Positions 28,578-37,976 of a stretch of DNA of 64,000 nt are shown piece by piece (the first letter of the stretch is position 1; each line of letters opens with the position of its first letter). The position numbers and the translations under genes are program-made. The notes below the pieces were generated by a model. That model did no database searches and was not told where the DNA came from. It saw only the letters and a program-made list of their open reading frames with translations. Source of the stretch: Leptonemataceae bacterium (GTDB taxonomy: Bacteria > Spirochaetota > Leptospiria > Leptospirales > Leptonemataceae); NCBI GenBank assembly GCA_965227295.1, contig OZ245742.1:3904001-3968000 (forward strand), read 5' to 3'.

Positions 28578-30026
28578 TCAGCGTCCGGGTTTGAACGGCC
28601 CCTCGATCGCGAGCACCAGTCCATCCAACTGCAAATTCACGAACAGCGTCCGTCCGTCCGCTGAAAAACAGGCCCCGCATAGTTCCGACCAACTCCCCGC
28701 ATTTCGCGCAATGCGATACACGCCGCCGTCCGGCTTAATGCCCAGCAAATAATTGTTACCGGGCCCGTCCTCGCATACGATCAAGTCCCCGTTCGGTGCG
28801 ACGCATAGATTGTCCGCGTTTTCGAGGATGTCCGAGTTCCGTGGTTCGAGAAAGAGTTCGAGAACACCTTTAGTTTCTACTGAGATATTCTTAGCGCGCT
28901 CCGCCCGGTAGCGCCAGATCTGTCCGCGGGAGCCCAGGCCGCCGGTGGTGCACGCGAAGAAAAACTCCCCGTCCCCGAACCACATGCCTTCCCCGCGATC
29001 GAAGACCGCTGCGCCCCGTGCACGGCCCTGAAGGCGCAGATCCTCCAGCGGCGCTTCCGGTTCGTCCAGATCCACCCAGTCCACGGCCAGGGTCTCCCCG
29101 GGGCGAATGCTTAATGCTCCACGATTGTTCGTTAGCGCACCAGGTGCATCGATCAAGCGCAGCGCCTGCAAGCGTCCGCCGCGACTCAGGTCCGTCCGCC
29201 GGGAACCCGTCGCGCGTTCTTCCGGCACGAAGCGATACAACAATCCGTCCGGCCGGTCCTCGGTCTGATAGACCACGTGACTGTGCGGATCGATCGCCAC
29301 GGCCTCGCGGCGAAAGCGGCCCATCGCTTTCAACGGCACGGCCGCCACTAACTCCGGACGACTGACATCTAACGGGACCGGCACCTCGAATGCATAGCCG
29401 TGATCCACGAGATAACCTTCGTCGGCGTCCGCATCTTTCACGTTCTCCTCGCAACTGATCCAGGCGTTCCAGGGCGCCGGGCCGCCGGCGCAGTTCCGCA
29501 TGGTCCCGCCCAATCGCAGATAGCGTGCTTCGACTTCCGGCGGCGCATCGCCTGCGCGGGGTGCGAGGACAATCGCGCTCACCCCGCCGGGCGCCGGTCG
29601 TCGGCCCGCCCGCCGATCATACAACTTCGAAGCATCCAGACGCGACAGCAGCCGGCCGTTTTTGCCGAACGCGTCGTAGTTGCCGGTAAAACTCCTCCAG
29701 AATTCCGAGGGGTCGAGTTCGTGATTGCACAGCAGGACGGTTCGGCCACCGGGGCCTGGAAAGGCGGCCATGCCGTCGGGCCGGCCGGGGAAGATGAGGC
29801 CGTCGTCCATGGGGTCGCCCCGACGCGCCAGAATCGTGTAGCGAAAATCGGGTGGTAGATCGAGGATCCCGTCGGGATCGGGGCGCAGATCGCCGTATCC
29901 GCGAAGCAGGTAGCCTGGAGCTGTATGGGCGCAGGCGGCGAGGCGGCTCAAGGCCGTGAAGGCGAGGGCGGTTCGCGCGCCGTCGCGGAGAAACTGACGG
30001 CGATTGAGAAAATCGCCGCGGCTCAT
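28578..30026 (-). CDS. phoX: PhoX family alkaline phosphatase (DUF839), Tat-exported
   Basis: NRRQFL twin-arginine signal; PDGMAAF, NHE, NCAGG..PW..WISCEE, MGRFRREA, TED, GEG, DNL, CED and ELCG motifs; start at the ATG at 30026, not 30743. Confidence 0.92.
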   Translation of the reverse strand: MSRGDFLNRRQFLRDGARTALAFTALSRLAACAHTAPGYLLRGYGDLRPDPDGILDLPPDFRYTILARRGDPMDDGLIFPGRPDGMAAFPGPGGRTVLLCNHELDPSEFWRSFTGNYDAFGKNGRLLSRLDASKLYDRRAGRRPAPGGVSAIVLAPRAGDAPPEVEARYLRLGGTMRNCAGGPAPWNAWISCEENVKDADADEGYLVDHGYAFEVPVPLDVSRPELVAAVPLKAMGRFRREAVAIDPHSHVVYQTEDRPDGLLYRFVPEERATGSRRTDLSRGGRLQALRLIDAPGALTNNRGALSIRPGETLAVDWVDLDEPEAPLEDLRLQGRARGAAVFDRGEGMWFGDGEFFFACTTGGLGSRGQIWRYRAERAKNISVETKGVLELFLEPRNSDILENADNLCVAPNGDLIVCEDGPGNNYLLGIKPDGGVYRIARNAGSWSELCGACFSADGRTLFVNLQLDGLVLAIEGPFKPGR

Positions 30027-30089
30027 CGGCACGCCTCGCCGTCGTTTTTTGCTTGATCGAACGGTGACATAAGCAGAACAATCCCGTCC

Positions 30090-31133
30090 ATGCAATACTC
30101 TCAGGAACTCGCCGACATCGCCCGCAAGCTGGCCGCGGACGGTCGCGGCATTCTCGCCGCCGACGAAAGCACGGGCACCATCGGCAAGCGGCTGGCTACA
30201 ATCAATACCGAAAACACCGAGGAGAATCGCCGGGCCTACCGCGAGCTGCTCTTTACGGCGCCGGGCATTTCGGAGTTCATCAGCGGCTCCATTCTGTACG
30301 ACGAAACCATCCGTCAGTCCACGAAGGACGGCACGCCGTTCCCGGAGTACATGAAACAAAACAACATGATCCCCGGCATCAAGGTCGATACCGGCGCGAA
30401 AGCTCTGGCCGGCGGCCGGAACGACGAAAAGATCACCGAAGGCCTCGACGGCCTGCGCGAACGTTTGCAGGAGTACCACAAACTCGGCGCGCGTTTTGCG
30501 AAGTGGCGTGCGGTGATCGAAATCGATCCGGCTGCGCCAGGTGAAGAAGCGCGTCCGTCGCGTTACGCCATCGAAACCAACGCCCACGCCCTCGCACGCT
30601 ACGCGGCACTGTGCCAGGAAAACGGACTCGTGCCGATTGTGGAGCCCGAGGTCTTGATGGACGGCGCCCACGACATCAAACGCTGCTTTGCCGTCACCGA
30701 GCATACCCTGCACACGGTCTTTAAAGCGCTCTACGATCAGCACGTGGTACTGGAAAACATTCTGTTAAAGCCGAACATGGTCATTGCCGGTAAGAAGTGT
30801 GCACAGCAGGCGTCGCCGCAGCAGGTGGCGGAAGAAACGTTGCGTTGCCTGCGCCGCGTCGTCCCCGCGGCGGTTCCCGGCATTGTCTTTCTTTCCGGCG
30901 GTCAATCGGACGAACTCGCCACCGAACACCTGAACCTTATGAACGCTACGGGGCCGCTGCCCTGGCTGCTCAGCTTCTCGTACGGTCGTGCGCTTCAGGC
31001 GCCGGCCCTCAAGGCCTGGGGCGGTGAAGCCGGAAAGGTCGGCGACGCCCAGGCGGCGTTGATCAAACGCGCGAAGCTGAACAGCGCGGCATGCTTCGGC
31101 AAGTACAGCACGGACATGGAAAAGGCGGCGTGA
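30090..31133 (+). CDS. Fructose-bisphosphate aldolase class I
   Basis: GILAADES, GIKVD, FAKWR, VPIVEPEVL, LLKPNMV (Schiff-base Lys), FLSGGQS and SFSYGRALQ motifs. Confidence 0.97.
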   Translation: MQYSQELADIARKLAADGRGILAADESTGTIGKRLATINTENTEENRRAYRELLFTAPGISEFISGSILYDETIRQSTKDGTPFPEYMKQNNMIPGIKVDTGAKALAGGRNDEKITEGLDGLRERLQEYHKLGARFAKWRAVIEIDPAAPGEEARPSRYAIETNAHALARYAALCQENGLVPIVEPEVLMDGAHDIKRCFAVTEHTLHTVFKALYDQHVVLENILLKPNMVIAGKKCAQQASPQQVAEETLRCLRRVVPAAVPGIVFLSGGQSDELATEHLNLMNATGPLPWLLSFSYGRALQAPALKAWGGEAGKVGDAQAALIKRAKLNSAACFGKYSTDMEKAA

Positions 31134-31237
31134 TTTCGCTGTGAGATTCCCGGCTTCAATTCGGTCGGGGCGCACCCGACTTCGCTTTCTTTTTTCGTTG
31201 TGATTCCCCGGCCAGGTCATCACCAGGGAGCTTTTCC

Positions 31238-31882
31238 ATGGAACACCAATTCTGGCACGAACGCTGGAACGAAAACAAAATCGCCTTTCATCAGAGCGAG
31301 GCCCATCCGCTGCTCGTGACACACCTGGGGAGACTTGCGCTAACTGCCGGCCAGCGCGTGTTTATCCCGCTGTGCGGCAAGACCCTGGATGTCGGCTATC
31401 TACTTTCGCAGGGCTATCGCGTGGCCGGTGCCGAACTGGTGGAAAGCGCGGTGCAGCAACTCTTCGCGGAACTCGGCATTACGCCGGAGGTCGAGGCCGC
31501 GGGCAAACTCAAGCGCTACAGCGCGCCGAACGTCGACGTTTTCGTCGGAGACATCTTTGATCTTACGAAAGAAGTCCTGGGGCCGATCGACGCCGTCTAC
31601 GACCGCGCGGCCCTCGTCGCGTTGCCCGAGGATATGCGCAAGCGTTATACACGACATCTCATGGAACTCACAGCCACCGCGCCGCAGTTTCTGATTACGT
31701 TCGAGTACGATCAAAAGAAAATGGACGGCCCGCCGTTTTCCATCAGTCACGCAGAAGTGCGCGAGCACTACGCGGCGCAGTACAGACCGACTTTGATCGA
31801 AAGTGCGGCAGTCTCCGGCAAACTCAAGGGCCGCGTCGAAGCAAACGAGGACGTGTGGTTGTTGCAACCCGGAAGCAGATGA
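31238..31882 (+). CDS. tpm: Thiopurine S-methyltransferase
   Basis: FWHERW, RVFIPLCGKTLD, YDRAALVALP and GPPFS motifs. Confidence 0.95.
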   Translation: MEHQFWHERWNENKIAFHQSEAHPLLVTHLGRLALTAGQRVFIPLCGKTLDVGYLLSQGYRVAGAELVESAVQQLFAELGITPEVEAAGKLKRYSAPNVDVFVGDIFDLTKEVLGPIDAVYDRAALVALPEDMRKRYTRHLMELTATAPQFLITFEYDQKKMDGPPFSISHAEVREHYAAQYRPTLIESAAVSGKLKGRVEANEDVWLLQPGSR

Positions 31883-31885
31883 AAT

Positions 31886-32217
31886 GGCAAACGCCGCGGG
31901 GCACAGCTCTTGAACTACCGAAAGCGTTTTGTTCGTTCGATTACGCCCCGAATCGTGGTGTAAGTAGCGGCCAACGTACATTAAGCCTTTTATGGTTACG
32001 GCTGGTTCCAGGCGACCACGGAGGTCATGCCGGGGAACGTGGTAAAGCGCACCGGAACGGCGTCTTCGCCGTAAGAAACGCGACGGTAGCTGAGCCGCAA
32101 ACCGACGTCCGGGTCGAACGCAGCATTCTTTGCAAAACGAATTACCTCAACTCCCGCTTCGCCGTAGCAAAAAATGTCCTTACACCATTGCGCAACTTAC
32201 TTCATGTTGCTCACGGC
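31886..32217 (+). repeat. Single copy of the ~330 bp unit, locus 2
   Basis: 332 bp from GGCAAACGCCGCGGGG to CTCACGGC; fills the gap between two convergent stop codons. Confidence 0.95.
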
Positions 32218-34221
32218 TCAGCCATCCACCTCCAGTACGAGATGCAATTCCGGCGTGGCCCAGACGGCTTCCGTCGGATGCCGCCTCGGATCATTGTCGA
32301 CGCGAATCGCGGCCAGGGCCGCGCCGCTCTCATCGAGGACTTCCATCCGGCCCTGGTGCAATCGATGCCCGTATTTCCGCGGCGGAACGCGGCGAAATAA
32401 CACCTGGCCGTCCGCGGTCACCGTGTCGACGTAGTGCGGATCGCTGTAGTAACCCGTAAGCCGGGCATCCTCTGAAATTAAGGGCCGGGAAAAGATCTCC
32501 CGGCCGTCCGCCAGGTTCCAGATGCGCAGCCGTTCTTTCGCGCCCGTCGAGAGGACGCGGGCACCGTCGTGGGAAAAGGTGATGCTGCTGATCGCGGCGG
32601 AGTGACCGAAAAAGCCTGAGCGTTCCTCCAGGCCGTCCGGGCCGGAAGCCAGGACCCGAATCCCTTCCGCCGGATTCTCCGAACCCACCAGCAGCAGCAG
32701 CCCGTCCGGAGAATACGCCATGGCCGAAGCCCGTCCTGGTACGTCCAGGGCGTGCAGTACCCGCCCGGATTCCACGGCCAGCAGATAGACGGTGTTTCCG
32801 TTACGGTCGCTCACGGCCAGGAACCGGCCGTCATGGCGATGGGCGATGATGGTCCGAATGTTATAACTCAGGTCTTCCGGCCGCTCCCGGTACGTCGCAA
32901 TGATTTCGCACGAAGCGGTGTCTGCGATCCGCAGGCCGTGATCGGAGATGATGAGCCGGTCATCGGTCAGGTGATGCGAGTTTTGCGGCGGCCCGCCCTC
33001 CAGATAGTTACCCGGCTCGTCCTCCTCCACCGTGCCCAGCGGATGCCCCGTGAGGGCGTCCCAGAAATGCGGCTGCGAATACAACAGCCGACCGGACGGA
33101 TGCGAAAACATCACGCGCGAGTGATCCTGCGATCGCAGGTCCGCTCCGTCGGCTCGATACCGGTCCGGTTCGTAGACCTGGAGCCGCCGGCAGTCTCCAA
33201 TCACGGCCACGGTCTCGCCGTCATCCGTCACCGCGACGACATCCCCAAAACGCGGGGCCAGTGGGATGCGGACATCGTTTTCGAAGTCCAATGGATCGAT
33301 CAAACGCACGGCGGCGTATTCGAGGACGGCGAGCCGGTTTCCCCTCGAAGACAGGGCAAGAGAACCGAAGGGCGACGGCGTGGAGCCGCTCGCGATCAAG
33401 CTCGTCTTCAGCGCGCCGCCCTCGCTGAAAACTTCGTAGACCAACAAGACGCACTCTTCTTCGCTGCGTTCACCCCGCAGGGCCAGCCGCGAGCCGTCTT
33501 CGGAGAAAGCCCCTTCAAAGAGAAAAGCCAGGCGGCCGGATTCGTCCCGGGTATCAATCTCCGCGAGTACGTTGTCATGAGCATCCATGATCATCGGTGG
33601 TGAACGTCTGCGGCCGGTACGAATCCAGACGCCCGTGCGCGCGACGCGTTCCCGGCTGCGCCCGCGGTTCGGAATCGTGTCGATGCCGTTGTCGGAGGAG
33701 ATCCGGAGCGCACCGGAGACCTGGCGTGAACCGTACACGGGCTCGTACTCGATTTCGATACTGCCGTCGGGAGCCACGCCGGCCCAGGTACACCGGCCGG
33801 CTGCATCGAGATGTATGTCGGCGACCAGGCCGGAATCCAGACCGACCACGGGTGGTCGGAGAGAACGCAACCACGCAGATCGAACGCCGCCCTGACGTTC
33901 GGCGCGCCATCTTTCGAGCTGCCGATGGAGCAGGGGCGGACGGTCGTCGCGCGCCGGGAGGAAGATCTTTCGATCCGGGCAGTCGAACCACCAGCAGCGA
34001 TTCCACAGACACGGAAAGAGCGTTTCCGGATACTCACTCAGCCAGGCATGATCGAGGCGCACCGCGACGCGCACGTGTTTCAGGATACGTCGCGCTCCTC
34101 CGTTGCCGGCGGCGCGCTCTTCACTCGCACGCAGAAGATTCAGGAGCCGGGAAACACCGCCGCTATCCAGGGCCCTCTGCAAATCCGCGAAGTCGGGGAT
34201 CAGGCCGGCCGTGTCTTCCAT
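32218..34221 (-). CDS. WD40/beta-propeller protein with an N-terminal helical domain
   Basis: GHSAAISSITFSHDG...LRIWN, YSPDG and FSEDG repeats; N-terminal LFPCLWNRCWW.D.P and WLRSLRPP motifs. Confidence 0.75.
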   Translation of the reverse strand: MEDTAGLIPDFADLQRALDSGGVSRLLNLLRASEERAAGNGGARRILKHVRVAVRLDHAWLSEYPETLFPCLWNRCWWFDCPDRKIFLPARDDRPPLLHRQLERWRAERQGGVRSAWLRSLRPPVVGLDSGLVADIHLDAAGRCTWAGVAPDGSIEIEYEPVYGSRQVSGALRISSDNGIDTIPNRGRSRERVARTGVWIRTGRRRSPPMIMDAHDNVLAEIDTRDESGRLAFLFEGAFSEDGSRLALRGERSEEECVLLVYEVFSEGGALKTSLIASGSTPSPFGSLALSSRGNRLAVLEYAAVRLIDPLDFENDVRIPLAPRFGDVVAVTDDGETVAVIGDCRRLQVYEPDRYRADGADLRSQDHSRVMFSHPSGRLLYSQPHFWDALTGHPLGTVEEDEPGNYLEGGPPQNSHHLTDDRLIISDHGLRIADTASCEIIATYRERPEDLSYNIRTIIAHRHDGRFLAVSDRNGNTVYLLAVESGRVLHALDVPGRASAMAYSPDGLLLLVGSENPAEGIRVLASGPDGLEERSGFFGHSAAISSITFSHDGARVLSTGAKERLRIWNLADGREIFSRPLISEDARLTGYYSDPHYVDTVTADGQVLFRRVPPRKYGHRLHQGRMEVLDESGAALAAIRVDNDPRRHPTEAVWATPELHLVLEVDG

Positions 34222-34237
34222 GGAATCATCGATCGCA

Positions 34238-34834
34238 CTAACTCAGCCGCCCGGTTTGCACGTTCACCCGCACCAGAATGAAACTGAACAGCAAACGATC
34301 GATGGCGCGATCGAGGATGATCTGTTCGCGCTCGTCGATCTTGCCGTCGGCCAGGGCCTTGCCGAGAAACTGAATGAGTTGCGGCAGTCGTTGCTTGCGC
34401 GTTCGCGCGAGCCAGAGCTGAAACTCGGAGATTTTGATGTTGCGATAGCGGCCGAGCCGGCCCTGGCCGCGCCAGCGGTTTTGCTCGAACGTAACGAGCA
34501 TGCGATAGTCGTAACGCAAATTTACAGCGGTGTAGCGTTGTTTGCGCGAAAGCAGCGCGCGCAGTTTTACGAAGTGATTCAACGTCTCGTCGATGGCAGA
34601 CGTGAGTTCAAAACGTTCCTGACCCACCAGGAAACCGTCGTCCGAAAGCAGTCGGTCGTACGTGGCCTGGAGGCCGTTGAGACTCAGGATGCACAGTTTC
34701 AGCCAGGCCGCCGCGTCGTCGCCGTTCTCCGGCGGTTTCGGAATCAGGCCGCTGATGCGCAGATTGCCCTCGTCCGAAATTTCCAGCGTGTTGGCGGTGG
34801 ACGGCATGGTGACAGAGATCCCGCCCGCGCGCAT
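34238..34834 (-). CDS. Hypothetical protein
   Basis: 198-aa ORF (alternative start at 34807); host-like codon usage; 16 bp upstream of the WD40 gene. Confidence 0.7.
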   Translation of the reverse strand: MRAGGISVTMPSTANTLEISDEGNLRISGLIPKPPENGDDAAAWLKLCILSLNGLQATYDRLLSDDGFLVGQERFELTSAIDETLNHFVKLRALLSRKQRYTAVNLRYDYRMLVTFEQNRWRGQGRLGRYRNIKISEFQLWLARTRKQRLPQLIQFLGKALADGKIDEREQIILDRAIDRLLFSFILVRVNVQTGRLS

Positions 34835-34908
34835 TGCCGCAATCGATTTGCGGCGATGCTAACTTAGAATTCGCATGACGATCGGCGCGGGGCGCGCACG
34901 GTGGCGTC

Positions 34909-36225
34909 GTGCGACTGTCTCAGTTCGGAGAAAAGTTTCGTGGGAGTTCCGGTATCCTGGAACTCATGGACGACCTGGATCTTGCGCTGAACCAACCGCG
35001 CGCTCCCGGTGCGCCGGAGTTGCTCATGCTCGGCGGCGGGAATCCGGGCCGCATTCCGGAACTGGAGCGCCGCTTCCGTGCGGAGATGGAGCAACTCCTG
35101 AACGACGGTGATCGCTTCGAACGTTTGCTGGGCGTCTACGACAGGCCCGTCGGCGCCGGGGACTTCGCCGCCGCCATGGCAAAGCTGCTCCGGGATCACT
35201 GCGGCTGGGAGATCGACGCGCGCAACGTCGCACTCACGAACGGCAGCCAGAGCGCGTTCTTTATGCTGTTCAATCTCTTCGGCGGCCGACGGGCCGACGG
35301 GAGCCGGGGACGCATTGTGTTGCCCATCGTGCCCGAGTACATCGGTTATGCGGACACCGGCATCGACCCGGAACTCTTTCTCTCGGTGCGGCCGCGCATC
35401 GACATCCTCGAAGCATCCGACGCGCGTCGTGCCGGTGTCTTCAAGTACCAGGTCGACCTTGATGCGTTGCGCGCGACTCTGGATGATTTGCCGTCCGGGG
35501 AAGACGCGGCGGCCCTGTGCATCTCACGTCCGTCGAATCCTTCGGGCAACGTGGTTCCCGACGACGACCTTCGGCGACTCGCCGACCTCGCCGCCGCGCG
35601 GGACATCCCGCTGATCGTCGACGCGGCCTACGGCGGCCCGTTTCCGGACATCGTCTTCGGCGATGCGCAACCACTGTGGCGTCCAGGAATGATCGTCACG
35701 CTCAGTCTGTCGAAGTTCGGCCTGCCGGGTTTGCGGACCGGGATCGTCGTCGCCGACGAAGAAGTGATCGAATGTCTCGGCCGCATGAATGCCGTGCTGA
35801 ATCTGGCCGGGGGGAGTGCCGGGCCGGCGATCGCCCTGGAGTTGGTCCGCAGCGGCGAACTCATTCGCCTCTCCCGGGACGTGGTGCGTCCGTACTATCA
35901 GCGCAAGTCCGACGCGGCCACCGCGCGTTTCCGGGAACTGTTTCGAGATCTGCCCGGCGTACGCCTGCACCGTAGCGAGGGCGCGTTCTTTCTGTGGCTC
36001 TGGTTTGAGGGCCTGCCGATTTCCACGATGGAACTTTACCGGCGACTGAAAGCGCGGGGAACCCTGGTGGTGCCCGGCCATTATTATTATCCCGGCCATG
36101 CTGGTGAGGATTGGCCACACGTGCACGAGTGCATTCGCCTGAGTTACGCTCAGGCCGACGACATCGTCGAGCGCGGACTGCTTTCGGTTCAGGGAGAAGT
36201 CCGGCGTGCGTACGGGTTTGATTGA
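34909..36225 (+). CDS. avtA: Valine--pyruvate aminotransferase
   Basis: SGILELMDDL, MLGGGNP, TNGSQSAFF.LFNLF, PEYIGY, SRPSNPSGNV, SLSK.GLPG.RTG and EGAFFLWLWF motifs. Confidence 0.93.
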   Translation: MRLSQFGEKFRGSSGILELMDDLDLALNQPRAPGAPELLMLGGGNPGRIPELERRFRAEMEQLLNDGDRFERLLGVYDRPVGAGDFAAAMAKLLRDHCGWEIDARNVALTNGSQSAFFMLFNLFGGRRADGSRGRIVLPIVPEYIGYADTGIDPELFLSVRPRIDILEASDARRAGVFKYQVDLDALRATLDDLPSGEDAAALCISRPSNPSGNVVPDDDLRRLADLAAARDIPLIVDAAYGGPFPDIVFGDAQPLWRPGMIVTLSLSKFGLPGLRTGIVVADEEVIECLGRMNAVLNLAGGSAGPAIALELVRSGELIRLSRDVVRPYYQRKSDAATARFRELFRDLPGVRLHRSEGAFFLWLWFEGLPISTMELYRRLKARGTLVVPGHYYYPGHAGEDWPHVHECIRLSYAQADDIVERGLLSVQGEVRRAYGFD

Positions 36226-36255
36226 CCCCGTGCTTTCATCAATTCTGATTGTTAG

Positions 36256-37950
36256 ATGCGCCGGTTTCTCCCACGCGCTCTTCGGTCCGGGGTGTTTTCC
36301 CGGACCCTGTCCCGGGACCTGGCCACGGGCCTGGTCGGTGTGATTGCGCTGGTGCTCTGTTGCGTCGGTCTGTTCATCTATGTTGTGAGCGAACGGAAGA
36401 CGGAGAACGAACTGCGCTTCCAGGCCGAAGAACTCGTCGACGAGCTCGCCGATCTTTTGCTGCCTCACGTGGTAAACCTGGACCGGGATCGCATTTCGCA
36501 TCTGGCCCACGCCTATCTCCAGGGCGGCCCGCTCCGTTCGGTCCGCCTGTTGGATGCAAACGACGTCGTCCTGACCCGCGTCCGACAACCGGGCATCTAC
36601 GGCGAAGACGAGACGGCCTTTGAGCTGAGCCGGGAACTTTACGACGAGCAGGGCCTGCGCGGCCGGCTTATTGCGACGTTTTCCCATCGTCCCGCCGACG
36701 ACCGACACCGGGAACTCTTAATTTCCATTCTGCTCGTCTTTGGATTTGTGACGGTGACTGTCATTTTTTCCACGCGCCTGCTGTTGCAGCGGATCCTGGC
36801 CGCGCCGTTGGAAGGTCTGCGCCGGGGGATCGATCGCATCGCCCGGGGAGACTATCGCCATCCGTTGCCGGTGCTGCCCCAGCGCGACCTGAACGCCATC
36901 GTGGAGAGCGCGAATCGCATGGCCCGGCAAATCGAGCGGCGGGACATGGAAATCAAGGACTACGCGGCAAGCCTGGAAGAAGCCAATCGCGAGCTGGAGC
37001 GCAAAATCTTCGATCTCGAACGGGCCCAACTGGAAATCCGGAACTCCGAGGAAAAGTACAAACACCTGGTCGAGAGTTCCAGTGACATCATCTTCTCCCT
37101 GGACGGCGGCGGGCACATCGTTACGATCAACGCCGCCGTGCACCGACTCCTGGGATGGAACCCGGACGGCCTGGTGGGCCGGCAGTTCACGGACCTGCTC
37201 TTTCGCTTCGATGAAAAGACGGCCGATCTGCGCGAAAAGCTCGTGCAACAGCACTTCCACAATCTCCGGGAGTCCCGGCGGCCCGCGGTCTTTCGCATGG
37301 ACTTTCGCACCAGCCAGGACGAGCCCCGGGAACTGGACGTGCGTCTGGAGATCATGCGTGAAAACGGTGACGCCGGCGCGTTGATTTTCGGCAAGGCCGG
37401 CAGCGCGCCCGAGGACGTCATCAGCCGGCATTGTTCCCGGGAGGTGCGGCGTTACGTTATCGGCAACTATCTGACCGTGGCCGACCAACTGGCGCACGTG
37501 CTCATCACCAGTACGTCCCCGCGCCTGAGTGACGATGACGACGCGGGCATTCGCATCGGCCTGCGGGAGATTTTGATCAACGCCATTGAGCACGGCAATC
37601 TGGGAATCAGCTTCGACGAAAAGAGCGCGGCCATCAACTCCGGCGAGTACTACCAGCTCATTACCGAACGCCAGCGGGACCCTCGTTACCGCGATCGCAA
37701 GGTTACGATCATCTACGCCTTAAGTTCCAGGCGGGCCTCGTTTCTCGTTCGTGACGAGGGCGCCGGCTTTGATTACGAGGATGTGCTGCGACAGGATCCG
37801 GTACCCACCGACGTCTATCACGGTCGGGGCATCGCCATCGCCACGCGTTTTTTTGATACGGTTCGCTATCGCGGGCGGGGGAACGAGGTCATTCTCGTGA
37901 AACTCTTTGAGCAGGGCCCCGGAGCCGTACCCGCTCCGCCCCGCGGATAG
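36256..37950 (+). CDS. Membrane sensor: two TM helices, HAMP, coiled coil, PAS, RsbW-type HATPase
   Basis: HAMP (PLEGLRRGIDRIARGDY); PAS (LVESSSDIIFSLD); LREILINAIEHGN, DEGAGF and GRGIAI boxes; no HisKA H-box seen. Confidence 0.85.
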   Translation: MRRFLPRALRSGVFSRTLSRDLATGLVGVIALVLCCVGLFIYVVSERKTENELRFQAEELVDELADLLLPHVVNLDRDRISHLAHAYLQGGPLRSVRLLDANDVVLTRVRQPGIYGEDETAFELSRELYDEQGLRGRLIATFSHRPADDRHRELLISILLVFGFVTVTVIFSTRLLLQRILAAPLEGLRRGIDRIARGDYRHPLPVLPQRDLNAIVESANRMARQIERRDMEIKDYAASLEEANRELERKIFDLERAQLEIRNSEEKYKHLVESSSDIIFSLDGGGHIVTINAAVHRLLGWNPDGLVGRQFTDLLFRFDEKTADLREKLVQQHFHNLRESRRPAVFRMDFRTSQDEPRELDVRLEIMRENGDAGALIFGKAGSAPEDVISRHCSREVRRYVIGNYLTVADQLAHVLITSTSPRLSDDDDAGIRIGLREILINAIEHGNLGISFDEKSAAINSGEYYQLITERQRDPRYRDRKVTIIYALSSRRASFLVRDEGAGFDYEDVLRQDPVPTDVYHGRGIAIATRFFDTVRYRGRGNEVILVKLFEQGPGAVPAPPRG

Positions 37951-37967
37951 AGCGGGGCGGAGCGGGT
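37929..37967. terminator. 16-bp perfect GC hairpin with the TAG stop in its loop; possible terminator or 3' stabiliser
   Basis: ACCCGCTCCGCCCCGC-ggataga-GCGGGGCGGAGCGGGT; no U-tract follows. Confidence 0.5.
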
Positions 37968-37976
37968 CGCTGCGAT

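Noticed and set aside
30027..30743. N-terminal extension of the 721-aa phoX ORF
   Set aside because: It is antisense to the aldolase; the Tat signal marks the real start at 30026.
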